From Carpediemonas membranifera BICM (Eukaryota; Protista; Fornicata): DNA of 64,000 bases. The notes under the pieces are model-generated. The model was given only the letters and a program-made list of their open reading frames with translations. It ran no database searches and had not been told where the DNA came from. Both the position numbers and the translations under genes were made by a program. Positions 9,918 to 20,359 of this stretch are shown here, in pieces. Each line of letters opens with the position of its first letter. Positions within the stretch are counted from its first letter, which is position 1. The DNA is taken from assembly GCA_019828565.1 (NCBI GenBank), contig JAHDYR010000007.1:915333-979332 (forward strand), read 5' to 3'.

Positions 9918-12074
9918 ATGGCCGATATCGACGCCCGCGTGGAGGAATTGCTCGCAAAGGAGTCATTTGAAGATCAAGTTGTGATTGACGAAGAAAAGCT
10001 GCTCGGTGAGCCCCTCGCCGTCCTCGATGAGTCATTTGCTTCCATCGTGTACGTTACCGGCCTCCCCGTGACTGCTCAGGCCAAGTGCGATAAGCTTTGC
10101 GTTGTTGCTCTTAAGCGTATAGCTGCTCTCATGCGCAAGCCCTTCAAGCCCGTCTTTTACGACATGCCCATCAACCCAGAGTCTGGCTCCTCGTTTGGCT
10201 ATCTCTTCATCGAGTGTGCTGACAAGGAGGAGGCTGAGGAGCTCATCGAGGCCGTAGACGGCCAGTTCATGATGAAGGACAAGTATCCACTCACCGCCTC
10301 CGCGTATTCCTCTCTCGAAGCCCTCCGCAACATTCCCGACGAATTCGACGCTCAGGCCGTCCGTGACGCCCAGGAGAAGTACCACGAGCCCATTATCGTC
10401 GACGACTGGCTCATGGACGACCGTGCCCGCTCCCAGGCCGCCCTCGTTGTCGGCGACCACCTTGACCTTCAGTGGCACGACACCATCACCGGCTTCGACA
10501 CTGCTACCGACATGCCATTCAACCCGAGCACCCACAAGCTCCACTGGACGAAGAACGGCAGCTTCCTCCTTGCACGGACGGCCGATGCGAAGGTCGCCGA
10601 GCTCCTCGGTGGTGATAACAACGGCGACCTGACGACGCTCATCTCCCACCCCAACATGGCCGGCATGATGACATCCAACACCGAGCGGTACATCGTCACC
10701 GTCTCCACGGGCATGCCAGGCGCCGAGGGCCCCCTCCGCGGCCCCCACATGGCGATATGGGACAAGCTCAACGGCAACAAGCGCATCAAGGTCCTGCCGA
10801 TGTTCGACCTCGACACCAAGGGCAAGTACCCCAGCAACTGCCCCACGCCGCTCCAGTTCTCCCCCTCGGACAAGTTTATCGCCTACGGATACGAGCAGCG
10901 CATCCAGATCTACTCGACCAAGGACCTCCGCAAGCCCGTCCGCGTGCTCCAGCTGCCCGGCCTCGTCGACTTTTCCTGGTCGCCCGCTGACGACTTCCTC
11001 GCAATCTTCCAGGTCGAGGACAACAACCGCCCCGCGAAGGCAAGCATCATCAACGTACCCAAGCTCTGCCGCCAGCTTGTCTCCCGTAATCTGTACGGCG
11101 TCAAGTCGTGCGCCATCACATGGCACCCCCACGGGTACTACTTCGCCACGACGACGGAGCGCGCAGTGCGGAACGGGTCGACGACAAACATTGACATCTT
11201 CAGGGTCAAGAACCCCGCCGTGCCAATCGAGACCCTTGAGTACCGCGAGAAGAAGGTCACAGGCATCGCCTTTGAGCCCCGTGGATTCCGTCTCGCCATT
11301 TCTCTCGGCGAAGAAGTCGAGGCCCGCGCCGCCGCCCTTTCTGGCGAGGACAACGTCGAGCAGCTCATCCAGCCCAAGGCCGTCGACATCTACACCCTGA
11401 CCGACATCAAACAGGGCGCCCTCCGTCGCGAGGTCGAGCTCGCACACCCTGCCCACACCCTTTCCTGGTCCCCCGCCGGCCGCATGCTCGTGCTCCAGTC
11501 CGGCCCCGCCCAGGAATCTGGGGTCAACCGCTGGGTCGACGCCAACAACGGCGAGGTTGTGGCGACCCGCGAGTTCCCTTACATGGACGCCGCCGCCTGG
11601 GACCCCACCGGCCGCACTTACGCCGTCTACACCTCCTACGACCGCATGCCTGACTACGCTGGCGTCGAGATGTTCTCCCACCGTGGCCAGGCCCTCGCTG
11701 CGGACAAGATCAAGAACCTGGTCTCCTTCATGTGGCGGCCCATGCCCGAGTCCGTGCTCACTGAGGAGGATAAGCGCGAGATCAACTACAAGGAGGACGC
11801 CAAGGCGTTCGAGCGGGTTGACACGGCCCTGCGTCTCTCCATGGACGAAGATGAGGCCGCCAAGCGCCGTCTCATCCGTCTCAAGTGGACTGACTGGCAG
11901 AAGGAGTGCCACCAGGCTGTGGCTGACCTCGCTGAGGCGTGGAAGGCAGCAGCCCCCGTCCAGTACGCCCGGATGGTGCACGAGGATGACTTTGTCGAGG
12001 TCGAGATGGAGTTCGCCCGGCAGCGTAGCGAGCTCGAGGATCTCGACAAGGAGGCAGAGGAGAAGGACGAGTAA
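9918..12074 (+). CDS. EIF3B: Translation initiation factor 3 subunit B
   Basis: N-terminal RRM (YVTGLP, FGYLFIE), beta-propeller with WSP repeats, WDPTGR, FMWRP, C-terminal helix. Confidence 0.9.
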   Translation: MADIDARVEELLAKESFEDQVVIDEEKLLGEPLAVLDESFASIVYVTGLPVTAQAKCDKLCVVALKRIAALMRKPFKPVFYDMPINPESGSSFGYLFIECADKEEAEELIEAVDGQFMMKDKYPLTASAYSSLEALRNIPDEFDAQAVRDAQEKYHEPIIVDDWLMDDRARSQAALVVGDHLDLQWHDTITGFDTATDMPFNPSTHKLHWTKNGSFLLARTADAKVAELLGGDNNGDLTTLISHPNMAGMMTSNTERYIVTVSTGMPGAEGPLRGPHMAIWDKLNGNKRIKVLPMFDLDTKGKYPSNCPTPLQFSPSDKFIAYGYEQRIQIYSTKDLRKPVRVLQLPGLVDFSWSPADDFLAIFQVEDNNRPAKASIINVPKLCRQLVSRNLYGVKSCAITWHPHGYYFATTTERAVRNGSTTNIDIFRVKNPAVPIETLEYREKKVTGIAFEPRGFRLAISLGEEVEARAAALSGEDNVEQLIQPKAVDIYTLTDIKQGALRREVELAHPAHTLSWSPAGRMLVLQSGPAQESGVNRWVDANNGEVVATREFPYMDAAAWDPTGRTYAVYTSYDRMPDYAGVEMFSHRGQALAADKIKNLVSFMWRPMPESVLTEEDKREINYKEDAKAFERVDTALRLSMDEDEAAKRRLIRLKWTDWQKECHQAVADLAEAWKAAAPVQYARMVHEDDFVEVEMEFARQRSELEDLDKEAEEKDE

Positions 12075-12154
12075 ACGTTCCGGATTGATTATGGCATGAC
12101 TATTGCCGGTGAGGGCGACCGTTGCCTTATCCTGCGAATTTCTGGAATTCAGAG

Positions 12155-14680
12155 ATGTACAGCACAACCGGGACAATGCCGCGTACTCCGCGGCTCAAAA
12201 CGCCCCGATTCAAAAGTGTTGATGTTTTACCTACTCCTGCTGGGAAGACGGTGAACTTTGCGGCTCTCACCACCTCTACCAAGCAATCTGTACATACTTT
12301 CATGCGCATCCGCCGCTATTTGCCCCATATCGATGCCACTTCGGAGTCTTGCATCGAAAAGCGCGACAATAGGCTATACATTGGTCTGGAAGGGGATGGC
12401 GATAGCCGTACAGCTGTGAAGCCCCAGGCCGTCCTCGCCGACACGTGCACACAGGCCGATGTGTTTGACGAAGTGATGGGCGGTCAGTTCGGCCAGAGCG
12501 GCATCTATCTCTGCTACGGCCTCACCGGCTCGGGAAAGACGCACACGATCTTTGGTGACGAAAATGATGAGGGCCTTCTCTTCCGCGCGATCTCCCGCCT
12601 ATTCGCCAACAGCAACAATCAAATGGGCGACGAGAACTGCCTCCCCGCCATTGAGGTTGAGATTCTTGAGATTTACTGCGAGCACCTCCATGATCTCGTG
12701 GCCAAGGCCCACGCCACCACCAAGGAAGAGCGCGACGCAGCCTCTAGCCTGAAGCTCATGGACAACGGCAAGGGCGGTATCAGTCTGCAGTCAATGTCAA
12801 TCAACGACTGCTATACGGAGACTGACCTCAAGGCCCGCATCAAGCAAGTCATCGGAAAATACCGCGTCGTCGGCTCCAACGGCACCCACGACGGATCCAG
12901 CCGGGGCCATGTAGCTGTCCGCATCAAGGCCACGCAGTCGGGGTCGACCCACAGCCTGACGTTCATGGACCTGGCAGGCTCGGAGGCCATGGACGAGGAT
13001 AGCAAGGCTTCGGACCAGCGTACGAAGGAGGGGAACGCCATTCGCACGTCTCTCACAGCCTTGGGCAAGTTCATGAGGGATATGACTGAGGACACGTCTG
13101 TGGAGACGCTCACTAAGATCCGAAGCGCCAGCAGGGCAAGCCAGCTCACCCGTTTGCTCTATAGATACGTACTCGACGGCGGTGACCTCAATATCATCGG
13201 ATGTATCGCGTTCAGTGCGGCAGACTACCACCGGACGAAGCGCGTCTTCGATTTTATGAAGAACGTCAAGCACGCCAACATCGAGAACATCACGGCCTCC
13301 AAATGCATGACGGCGCGTGCCATGAAGTCCGCCCGCCGCAACACCATCGCCACGACCCCCACTAGGCGAGAAATGCCCACACCCGGACAGACCAAGCGCT
13401 CCAACCTCGAGTTCCAGACGCTCAAAGACCAGTTGGTGCAGGCTAAGAACGAGAAGGCGGCCCTGGAAGCCCAGCTCACTGACGCTACAGCCAAGAAGGA
13501 GGTCCTGTCAAGCGCGTACAGGGAGGTGGCGACAAAGCTGCTCGCTGAAAGACACCAGCACCAGGATAGTTGGTTGCAGTTTAAGGAAGCCACAGCCGAG
13601 GCCGAGGAGACTGTCCGTCACAACTCCCAGATCCACAGCGAACTGACGCACGCCAGAGAGAGGGAAGCGACACTCGCTCGCTCCTTGGAGGCGGAGAGGG
13701 AGCAGATTTCCTTGCTGACGAACCAACTAGCCGCTCTTGAGGAGAACAAGGACACGCTCCTCCAATGGGGCCGGTCGATGCGGTCCACGATCAAGGGCCA
13801 GCGCATGGAGCTCAAGACCCTGGTTACGTCGACCACAGAGGCCCAGGAGCAGGCCCGCCTGGCCGCTGAGCAGGTGGCCGCCATGGAGCGGGAGATGAGG
13901 GAGATGAGGGCGGCCAACGCGTCGCTGCAGAAGCGGCTGACTCGAGCAATGACTGATGTCCCGCCAGCCCCGGACGCCATGGAGATGGAGATCCTCAGGG
14001 CACGCGTTGCAGAGCTCGAAGACGAGCGGAAGGCGATGAAGGAGCGCAACAAGGAGGCCACACCCCAGTCGGCGATGCTGCGGCACTTTAGGCGGGCTGT
14101 TGGCTCGCCGACACCACCTGGGGTCCATGAAAGCAAGGGCGCGTTGCCCCGCAAGGCAGACGCACCCTCTGCTGCGAACACGCCCGTCGCTGTGATGAGG
14201 AAGGAGATTGGTGTCAACAAGGCCGACTCGCCGCCCGCCAAGCCCGTTCCAAAGGCCGCTCGCCGGGCGAAGAGCGAGGTTGTGGAGGCGGCGAACGAGA
14301 TCATGAACGATCTTATGCCGACATCTCCGTTCTCGACCAAGCCGATGAACGTCAAGCGCGGCACGTTGAGCAAGGAGCGCAGGCCGAAGCGGAAGTCCGC
14401 GCGTCTGGCCAACAAGGGCCTTGCTGCGGTGCTCGCAGACTCTGAATCTGAGGCCAGTTCCGACTGGGGAGAGGTTACACCGATGCCTGTCGGCCGGCGT
14501 CCAGCACCCAAGCTCCACAGCACGACGGAGGAAGTCATGGCAATGCAGGCCCATGGGATGCAGAGTCTAGCGAAGCCCGGGGCCTCCGGCATGTCTGAGG
14601 CTGCGAACCAGCTGCTGGAGAGCGAGGGGCCGAAGGGGAGGGCGCGGAGAAAGCCCCGTAACATAGGGCGGCGTTTGTAG
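12155..14680 (+). CDS. Kinesin motor protein with coiled coil and basic tail
   Basis: P-loop GLTGSGKTHT, LEIYCE, SSRGH, DLAGSE, SQLTRLL. Confidence 0.92.
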   Translation: MYSTTGTMPRTPRLKTPRFKSVDVLPTPAGKTVNFAALTTSTKQSVHTFMRIRRYLPHIDATSESCIEKRDNRLYIGLEGDGDSRTAVKPQAVLADTCTQADVFDEVMGGQFGQSGIYLCYGLTGSGKTHTIFGDENDEGLLFRAISRLFANSNNQMGDENCLPAIEVEILEIYCEHLHDLVAKAHATTKEERDAASSLKLMDNGKGGISLQSMSINDCYTETDLKARIKQVIGKYRVVGSNGTHDGSSRGHVAVRIKATQSGSTHSLTFMDLAGSEAMDEDSKASDQRTKEGNAIRTSLTALGKFMRDMTEDTSVETLTKIRSASRASQLTRLLYRYVLDGGDLNIIGCIAFSAADYHRTKRVFDFMKNVKHANIENITASKCMTARAMKSARRNTIATTPTRREMPTPGQTKRSNLEFQTLKDQLVQAKNEKAALEAQLTDATAKKEVLSSAYREVATKLLAERHQHQDSWLQFKEATAEAEETVRHNSQIHSELTHAREREATLARSLEAEREQISLLTNQLAALEENKDTLLQWGRSMRSTIKGQRMELKTLVTSTTEAQEQARLAAEQVAAMEREMREMRAANASLQKRLTRAMTDVPPAPDAMEMEILRARVAELEDERKAMKERNKEATPQSAMLRHFRRAVGSPTPPGVHESKGALPRKADAPSAANTPVAVMRKEIGVNKADSPPAKPVPKAARRAKSEVVEAANEIMNDLMPTSPFSTKPMNVKRGTLSKERRPKRKSARLANKGLAAVLADSESEASSDWGEVTPMPVGRRPAPKLHSTTEEVMAMQAHGMQSLAKPGASGMSEAANQLLESEGPKGRARRKPRNIGRRL

Positions 14681-15669
14681 TGGATACGGACACCCGGTGA
14701 CTAAATTATTATTACGTCGAGTGTGAGGGTCGGCAAGGAGTCCTTGGACTCGCGCCTTTGTCGTCATGTATCATAAATATGTATCATGAGTGGGCAGGGT
14801 CAATACAGGCTGACCTCAGATTGCCCAACAAGGTGCCGCCGCACATGTTTCAACACAGCTGGCTGCGGTATTGCACTCATCAATTGCCGACGCGTACTTC
14901 ATGCTCCCCGTTCAAACAGTTGGTGACATGGTAACGATGGTGAAGGCTGGTCCGTCAGAGCCCATGTCAACCCGGACTCCATCACTCAATTGGTGCGTGA
15001 ATACATGCTTTAGAGCCCATTCCGAAGCTATATCGGCCATCAATTTGGTTGGTGACATGTTCACCTGACTTTCGAAATCCTCCCGAGACTGCGGGTTCGA
15101 AGCTGAGCGATACCGTCACCTCGACAACTACCATCGAATCGCTGTCGCTCTGCCATAAAGCTTGTAGAGCCCTCTAACATCTGGATCCGGGCCATTACCA
15201 GCGGGCGCACACTGGAAGTATGCGTTTGGAGTCGACCCGAACTTCGATTTCGATGGACATCGAACATGACGAGTAGAGGTCGGAGATGGCTGATACTCAC
15301 ATTCTTGCATCAAAATAGATGGTCATACGGGATGGCTGACCCATCTTTAATTTTTAAACTCCCAACCTTAATTTCAGGAGTCGTCGAAAATGACGACTCA
15401 GTTTGACGCAATCCACCCACAGCCCGCACCCACTAGTGTAACCTCAGCTACTAGGCCTGGATAGAGTGCGATTGCCCCACTAACAGCTTTGAACTCAGTG
15501 TCAGCCGTGATCGCGGTCACCAACCGAACTGTTCATCGCCAGCCTGTCCCTGCATTTGCGCTGTAGCGGAGTTGCCTGGAGGTACAGTCAGTGTAGTAGT
15601 GACAGTTTATGCTCACATGGCCCAGGGAGCAAGACTGCGAGAGTGTGCACTTTATGTTCTGCCATCTGT

Positions 15670-16088
15670 GGTATTTAGAGGTTTATGTGGAGGATTCATG
15701 TAAAGGTGACTTAAGCTGTCGACCCCCCTGGGATGAACTCCAGAGGACTGAACAGGTTCAGTCTGACGGCCCACCTGTCGTAGACCAGAAGGGTAGCGGA
15801 CATGAGGGCGTCGGCCATGGTAAGAGCGACGGTTCTGGGCGGGATCTTGGTTCTCGCTCTAGCAGAAACTAGGAATGCGGCAGCTTTGGACGCGCACATT
15901 GGGATGTTGGAGCCATCCGGCCGCGGATTGATCACAGTTGGTTTGACGCGGTAGTGCTTGTACTGTTCCTCCTTGAACTTGACTTCCTTGTCCACCGGCA
16001 TGGTGTTACCGACCGTGACATCGATCACCAGTGGGTATCCGCCTTTCGGGTCCAGGACGAATAGGTCCGCTGTTCTCCGGGTGAGCTT
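15670..16088 (-). mobile_element. RLE retroelement 3' fragment, copy within repeat unit 1
   Basis: Matches 19830-20248. Confidence 0.7.
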
Positions 16089-16760
16089 GCAGAGCTCGAA
16101 GACGAGCGGAAGGCGATGAAGGAGCGCAACAAGGAGGCCACACCCCAGTCGGCGATGCTGCGGCACTTTAGGCGGGCTGTTGGCTCGCCGACACCACCTG
16201 GGGTCCATGAAAGCAAGGGCGCGTTGCCCCGCAAGGCAGACGCACCCTCTGCTGCGAACACGCCCGTCGCTGTGATGAGGAAGGAGATTGGTGTCAACAA
16301 GGCCGACTCGCCGCCCGCCAAGCCCGTTCCAAAGGCCGCTCGCCGGGCGAAGAGCGAGGTTGTGGAGGCGGCGAACGAGATCATGAACGATCTTATGCCG
16401 ACATCTCCGTTCTCGACCAAGCCGATGAACGTCAAGCGCGGCACGTTGAGCAAGGAGCGCAGGCCGAAGCGGAAGTCCGCGCGTCTGGCCAACAAGGGCC
16501 TTGCTGCGGTGCTCGCAGACTCTGAATCTGAGGCCAGTTCCGACTGGGGAGAGGTTACACCGATGCCTGTCGGCCGGCGTCCAGCACCCAAGCTCCACAG
16601 CACGACGGAGGAAGTCATGGCAATGCAGGCCCATGGGATGCAGAGTCTAGCGAAGCCCGGGGCCTCCGGCATGTCTGAGGCTGCGAACCAGCTGCTGGAG
16701 AGCGAGGGGCCGAAGGGGAGGGCGCGGAGAAAGCCCCGTAACATAGGGCGGCGTTTGTAG
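16087..16760 (+). pseudogene. Duplicated kinesin 3' tail (no motor domain)
   Basis: Matches 14007-14680. Confidence 0.85.
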
Positions 16761-17749
16761 TGGATACGGACACCCGGTGACTAAATTATTATTACGTCGA
16801 GTGTGAGGGTCGGCAAGGAGTCCTTGGACTCGCGCCTTTGTCGTCATGTATCATAAATATGTATCATGAGTGGGCAGGGTCAATACAGGCTGACCTCAGA
16901 TTGCCCAACAAGGTGCCGCCGCACATGTTTCAACACAGCTGGCTGCGGTATTGCACTCATCAATTGCCGACGCGTACTTCATGCTCCCCCGTTCAAACAG
17001 TTGGTGACATGGTAACGATGGTGAAGGCTGGTCCGTCAGAGCCCATGTCAACCCGGACTCCATCACTCAATTGGTGCGTGAATACATGCTTTAGAGCCCA
17101 TTCCGAAGCTATATCGGCCATCAATTTGGTTGGTGACATGTTCACCTGACTTTCGAAATCCTCCCGAGACTGCGGGTTCGAAGCTGAGCGATACCGTCAC
17201 CTCGACAACTACCATCGAATCGCTGTCGCTCTGCCATAAAGCTTGTAGAGCCCTCTAACATCTGGATCCGGGCCATTACCAGCGGGCGCACACTGGAAGT
17301 ATGCGTTTGGAGTCGACCCGAACTTCGATTTCGATGGACATCGAACATGACGAGTAGAGGTCGGAGATGGCTGATACTCACATTCTTGCATCAAAATAGA
17401 TGGTCATACGGGATGGCTGACCCATCTTTAATTTTTAAACTCCCAACCTTAATTTCAGGAGTCGTCGAAAATGACGACTCAGTTTGACGCAATCCACCCA
17501 CAGCCCGCACCCACTAGTGTAACCTCAGCTACTAGGCCTGGATAGAGTGCGATTGCCCCACTAACAGCTTTGAACTCAGTGTCAGCCGTGATCGCGGTCA
17601 CCAACCGAACTGTTCATCGCCAGCCTGTCCCTGCATTTGCGCTGTAGCGGAGTTGCCTGGAGGTACAGTCAGTGTAGTAGTGACAGTTTATGCTCACATG
17701 GCCCAGGGAGCAAGACTGCGAGAGTGTGCACTTTATGTTCTGCCATCTG

Positions 17750-18168
17750 TGGTATTTAGAGGTTTATGTGGAGGATTCATGTAAAGGTGACTTAAGCTGT
17801 CGACCCCCTGGGATGAACTCCAGAGGACTGAACAGGTTCAGTCTGACGGCCCACCTGTCGTAGACCAGAAGGGTAGCGGACATGAGGGCGTCGGCCATGG
17901 TAAGAGCGACGGTTCTGGGCGGGATCTTGGTTCTCGCTCTAGCAGAAACTAGGAATGCGGCAGCTTTGGACGCGCACATTGGGATGTTGGAGCCATCCGG
18001 CCGCGGATTGATCACAGTTGGTTTGACGCGGTAGTGCTTGTACTGTTCCTCCTTGAACTTGACTTCCTTGTCCACCGGCATGGTGTTACCGACCGTGACA
18101 TCGATCACCAGTGGGTATCCGCCTTTCGGGTCCAGGACGAATAGGTCCGCTGTTCTCCGGGTGAGCTT
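17750..18168 (-). mobile_element. RLE retroelement 3' fragment, copy within repeat unit 2
   Basis: Matches 19830-20248 except one C lost near 17805. Confidence 0.7.
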
Positions 18169-18840
18169 GCAGAGCTCGAAGACGAGCGGAAGGCGATGAA
18201 GGAGCGCAACAAGGAGGCCACACCCCAGTCGGCGATGCTGCGGCACTTTAGGCGGGCTGTTGGCTCGCCGACACCACCTGGGGTCCATGAAAGCAAGGGC
18301 GCGTTGCCCCGCAAGGCAGACGCACCCTCTGCTGCGAACACGCCCGTCGCTGTGATGAGGAAGGAGATTGGTGTCAACAAGGCCGACTCGCCGCCCGCCA
18401 AGCCCGTTCCAAAGGCCGCTCGCCGGGCGAAGAGCGAGGTTGTGGAGGCGGCGAACGAGATCATGAACGATCTTATGCCGACATCTCCGTTCTCGACCAA
18501 GCCGATGAACGTCAAGCGCGGCACGTTGAGCAAGGAGCGCAGGCCGAAGCGGAAGTCCGCGCGTCTGGCCAACAAGGGCCTTGCTGCGGTGCTCGCAGAC
18601 TCTGAATCTGAGGCCAGTTCCGACTGGGGAGAGGTTACACCGATGCCTGTCGGCCGGCGTCCAGCACCCAAGCTCCACAGCACGACGGAGGAAGTCATGG
18701 CAATGCAGGCCCATGGGATGCAGAGTCTAGCGAAGCCCGGGGCCTCCGGCATGTCTGAGGCTGCGAACCAGCTGCTGGAGAGCGAGGGGCCGAAGGGGAG
18801 GGCGCGGAGAAAGCCCCGTAACATAGGGCGGCGTTTGTAG
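18167..18840 (+). pseudogene. Duplicated kinesin 3' tail (no motor domain)
   Basis: Matches 14007-14680. Confidence 0.85.
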
Positions 18841-19829
18841 TGGATACGGACACCCGGTGACTAAATTATTATTACGTCGAGTGTGAGGGTCGGCAAGGAG
18901 TCCTTGGACTCGCGCCTTTGTCGTCATGTATCATAAATATGTATCATGAGTGGGCAGGGTCAATACAGGCTGACCTCAGATTGCCCAACAAGGTGCCGCC
19001 GCACATGTTTCAACACAGCTGGCTGCGGTATTGCACTCATCAATTGCCGACGCGTACTTCATGCTCCCCGTTCAAACAGTTGGTGACATGGTAACGATGG
19101 TGAAGGCTGGTCCGTCAGAGCCCATGTCAACCCGGACTCCATCACTCAATTGGTGCGTGAATACATGCTTTAGAGCCCATTCCGAAGCTATATCGGCCAT
19201 CAATTTGGTTGGTGACATGTTCACCTGACTTTCGAAATCCTCCCGAGACTGCGGGTTCGAAGCTGAGCGATACCGTCACCTCGACAACTACCATCGAATC
19301 GCTGTCGCTCTGCCATAAAGCTTGTAGAGCCCTCTAACATCTGGATCCGGGCCATTACCAGCGGGCGCACACTGGAAGTATGCGTTTGGAGTCGACCCGA
19401 ACTTCGATTTCGATGGACATCGAACATGACGAGTAGAGGTCGGAGATGGCTGATACTCACATTCTTGCATCAAAATAGATGGTCATACGGGATGGCTGAC
19501 CCATCTTTAATTTTTAAACTCCCAACCTTAATTTCAGGAGTCGTCGAAAATGACGACTCAGTTTGACGCAATCCACCCACAGCCCGCACCCACTAGTGTA
19601 ACCTCAGCTACTAGGCCTGGATAGAGTGCGATTGCCCCACTAACAGCTTTGAACTCAGTGTCAGCCGTGATCGCGGTCACCAACCGAACTGTTCATCGCC
19701 AGCCTGTCCCTGCATTTGCGCTGTAGCGGAGTTGCCTGGAGGTACAGTCAGTGTAGTAGTGACAGTTTATGCTCACATGGCCCAGGGAGCAAGACTGCGA
19801 GAGTGTGCACTTTATGTTCTGCCATCTGT

Positions 19830-20303
19830 GGTATTTAGAGGTTTATGTGGAGGATTCATGTAAAGGTGACTTAAGCTGTCGACCCCCCTGGGATGAACTC
19901 CAGAGGACTGAACAGGTTCAGTCTGACGGCCCACCTGTCGTAGACCAGAAGGGTAGCGGACATGAGGGCGTCGGCCATGGTAAGAGCGACGGTTCTGGGC
20001 GGGATCTTGGTTCTCGCTCTAGCAGAAACTAGGAATGCGGCAGCTTTGGACGCGCACATTGGGATGTTGGAGCCATCCGGCCGCGGATTGATCACAGTTG
20101 GTTTGACGCGGTAGTGCTTGTACTGTTCCTCCTTGAACTTGACTTCCTTGTCCACCGGCATGGTGTTACCGACCGTGACATCGATCACCAGTGGGTATCC
20201 GCCTTTCGGGTCCAGGACGAATAGGTCCGCTGTTCTCCGGGTGAGCTTCTTGGGCGCCGGGGCGTTAAAGTGCACTGCAGGTTCGGTGTTGTCGTTTGTT
20301 GTT
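19830..20303 (-). mobile_element. 5'-truncated non-LTR retrotransposon; restriction-like endonuclease (RLE) C-terminus plus 3'UTR
   Basis: TEPAVHF..RRTADLFVLD..LVIDVTV..KEEQYK fits the RLE pattern EP..RPD..IDVT..K..KY; no reverse transcriptase present; 3' boundary approximate. Confidence 0.72.
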
Positions 20304-20317
20304 TAGACTCAACAATT

Positions 20318-20358
20318 CTAATCCTGCGCAGCACACTACCTCCACTCACCCACTTCAG
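20318..20358 (+). repeat. Direct repeat, left copy (pairs with 21853-21893)
   Basis: 19-nt exact CTAATCCTGCGCAGCACAC, then pyrimidine-rich sequence to CTTCAG; 41 nt in both copies. Confidence 0.8.
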
Positions 20359-20359
20359 C

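Larger units (their letters stand above)
14007..20248. repeat. Tandem triplication, unit 2080 bp (14007-16086, 16087-18166, 18167-20246)
   Basis: Units appear identical apart from two homopolymer indels in copy 2; junction GTGAGC-TT-GCAGAGC shows a TT microhomology. Confidence 0.97.

Noticed and set aside
10032-12176. Long antisense ORFs (also 2127-3026, 7473-8780, 39852-41075)
   Set aside because: They mirror GC3-rich sense genes and carry no independent motifs
15378-15399. GAGTCGTC/GACGACTC hairpin
   Set aside because: A single 8-bp stem that recurs only because of the triplication
15711-16634. 307-aa and 316-aa minus-strand ORFs as genes
   Set aside because: They are chimeras of antisense kinesin tail and the RLE fragment created by the duplication junction
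14007-20248. LTR element or CRISPR-like array
   Set aside because: The unit begins mid-kinesin; no LTR termini, spacers or Cas genes
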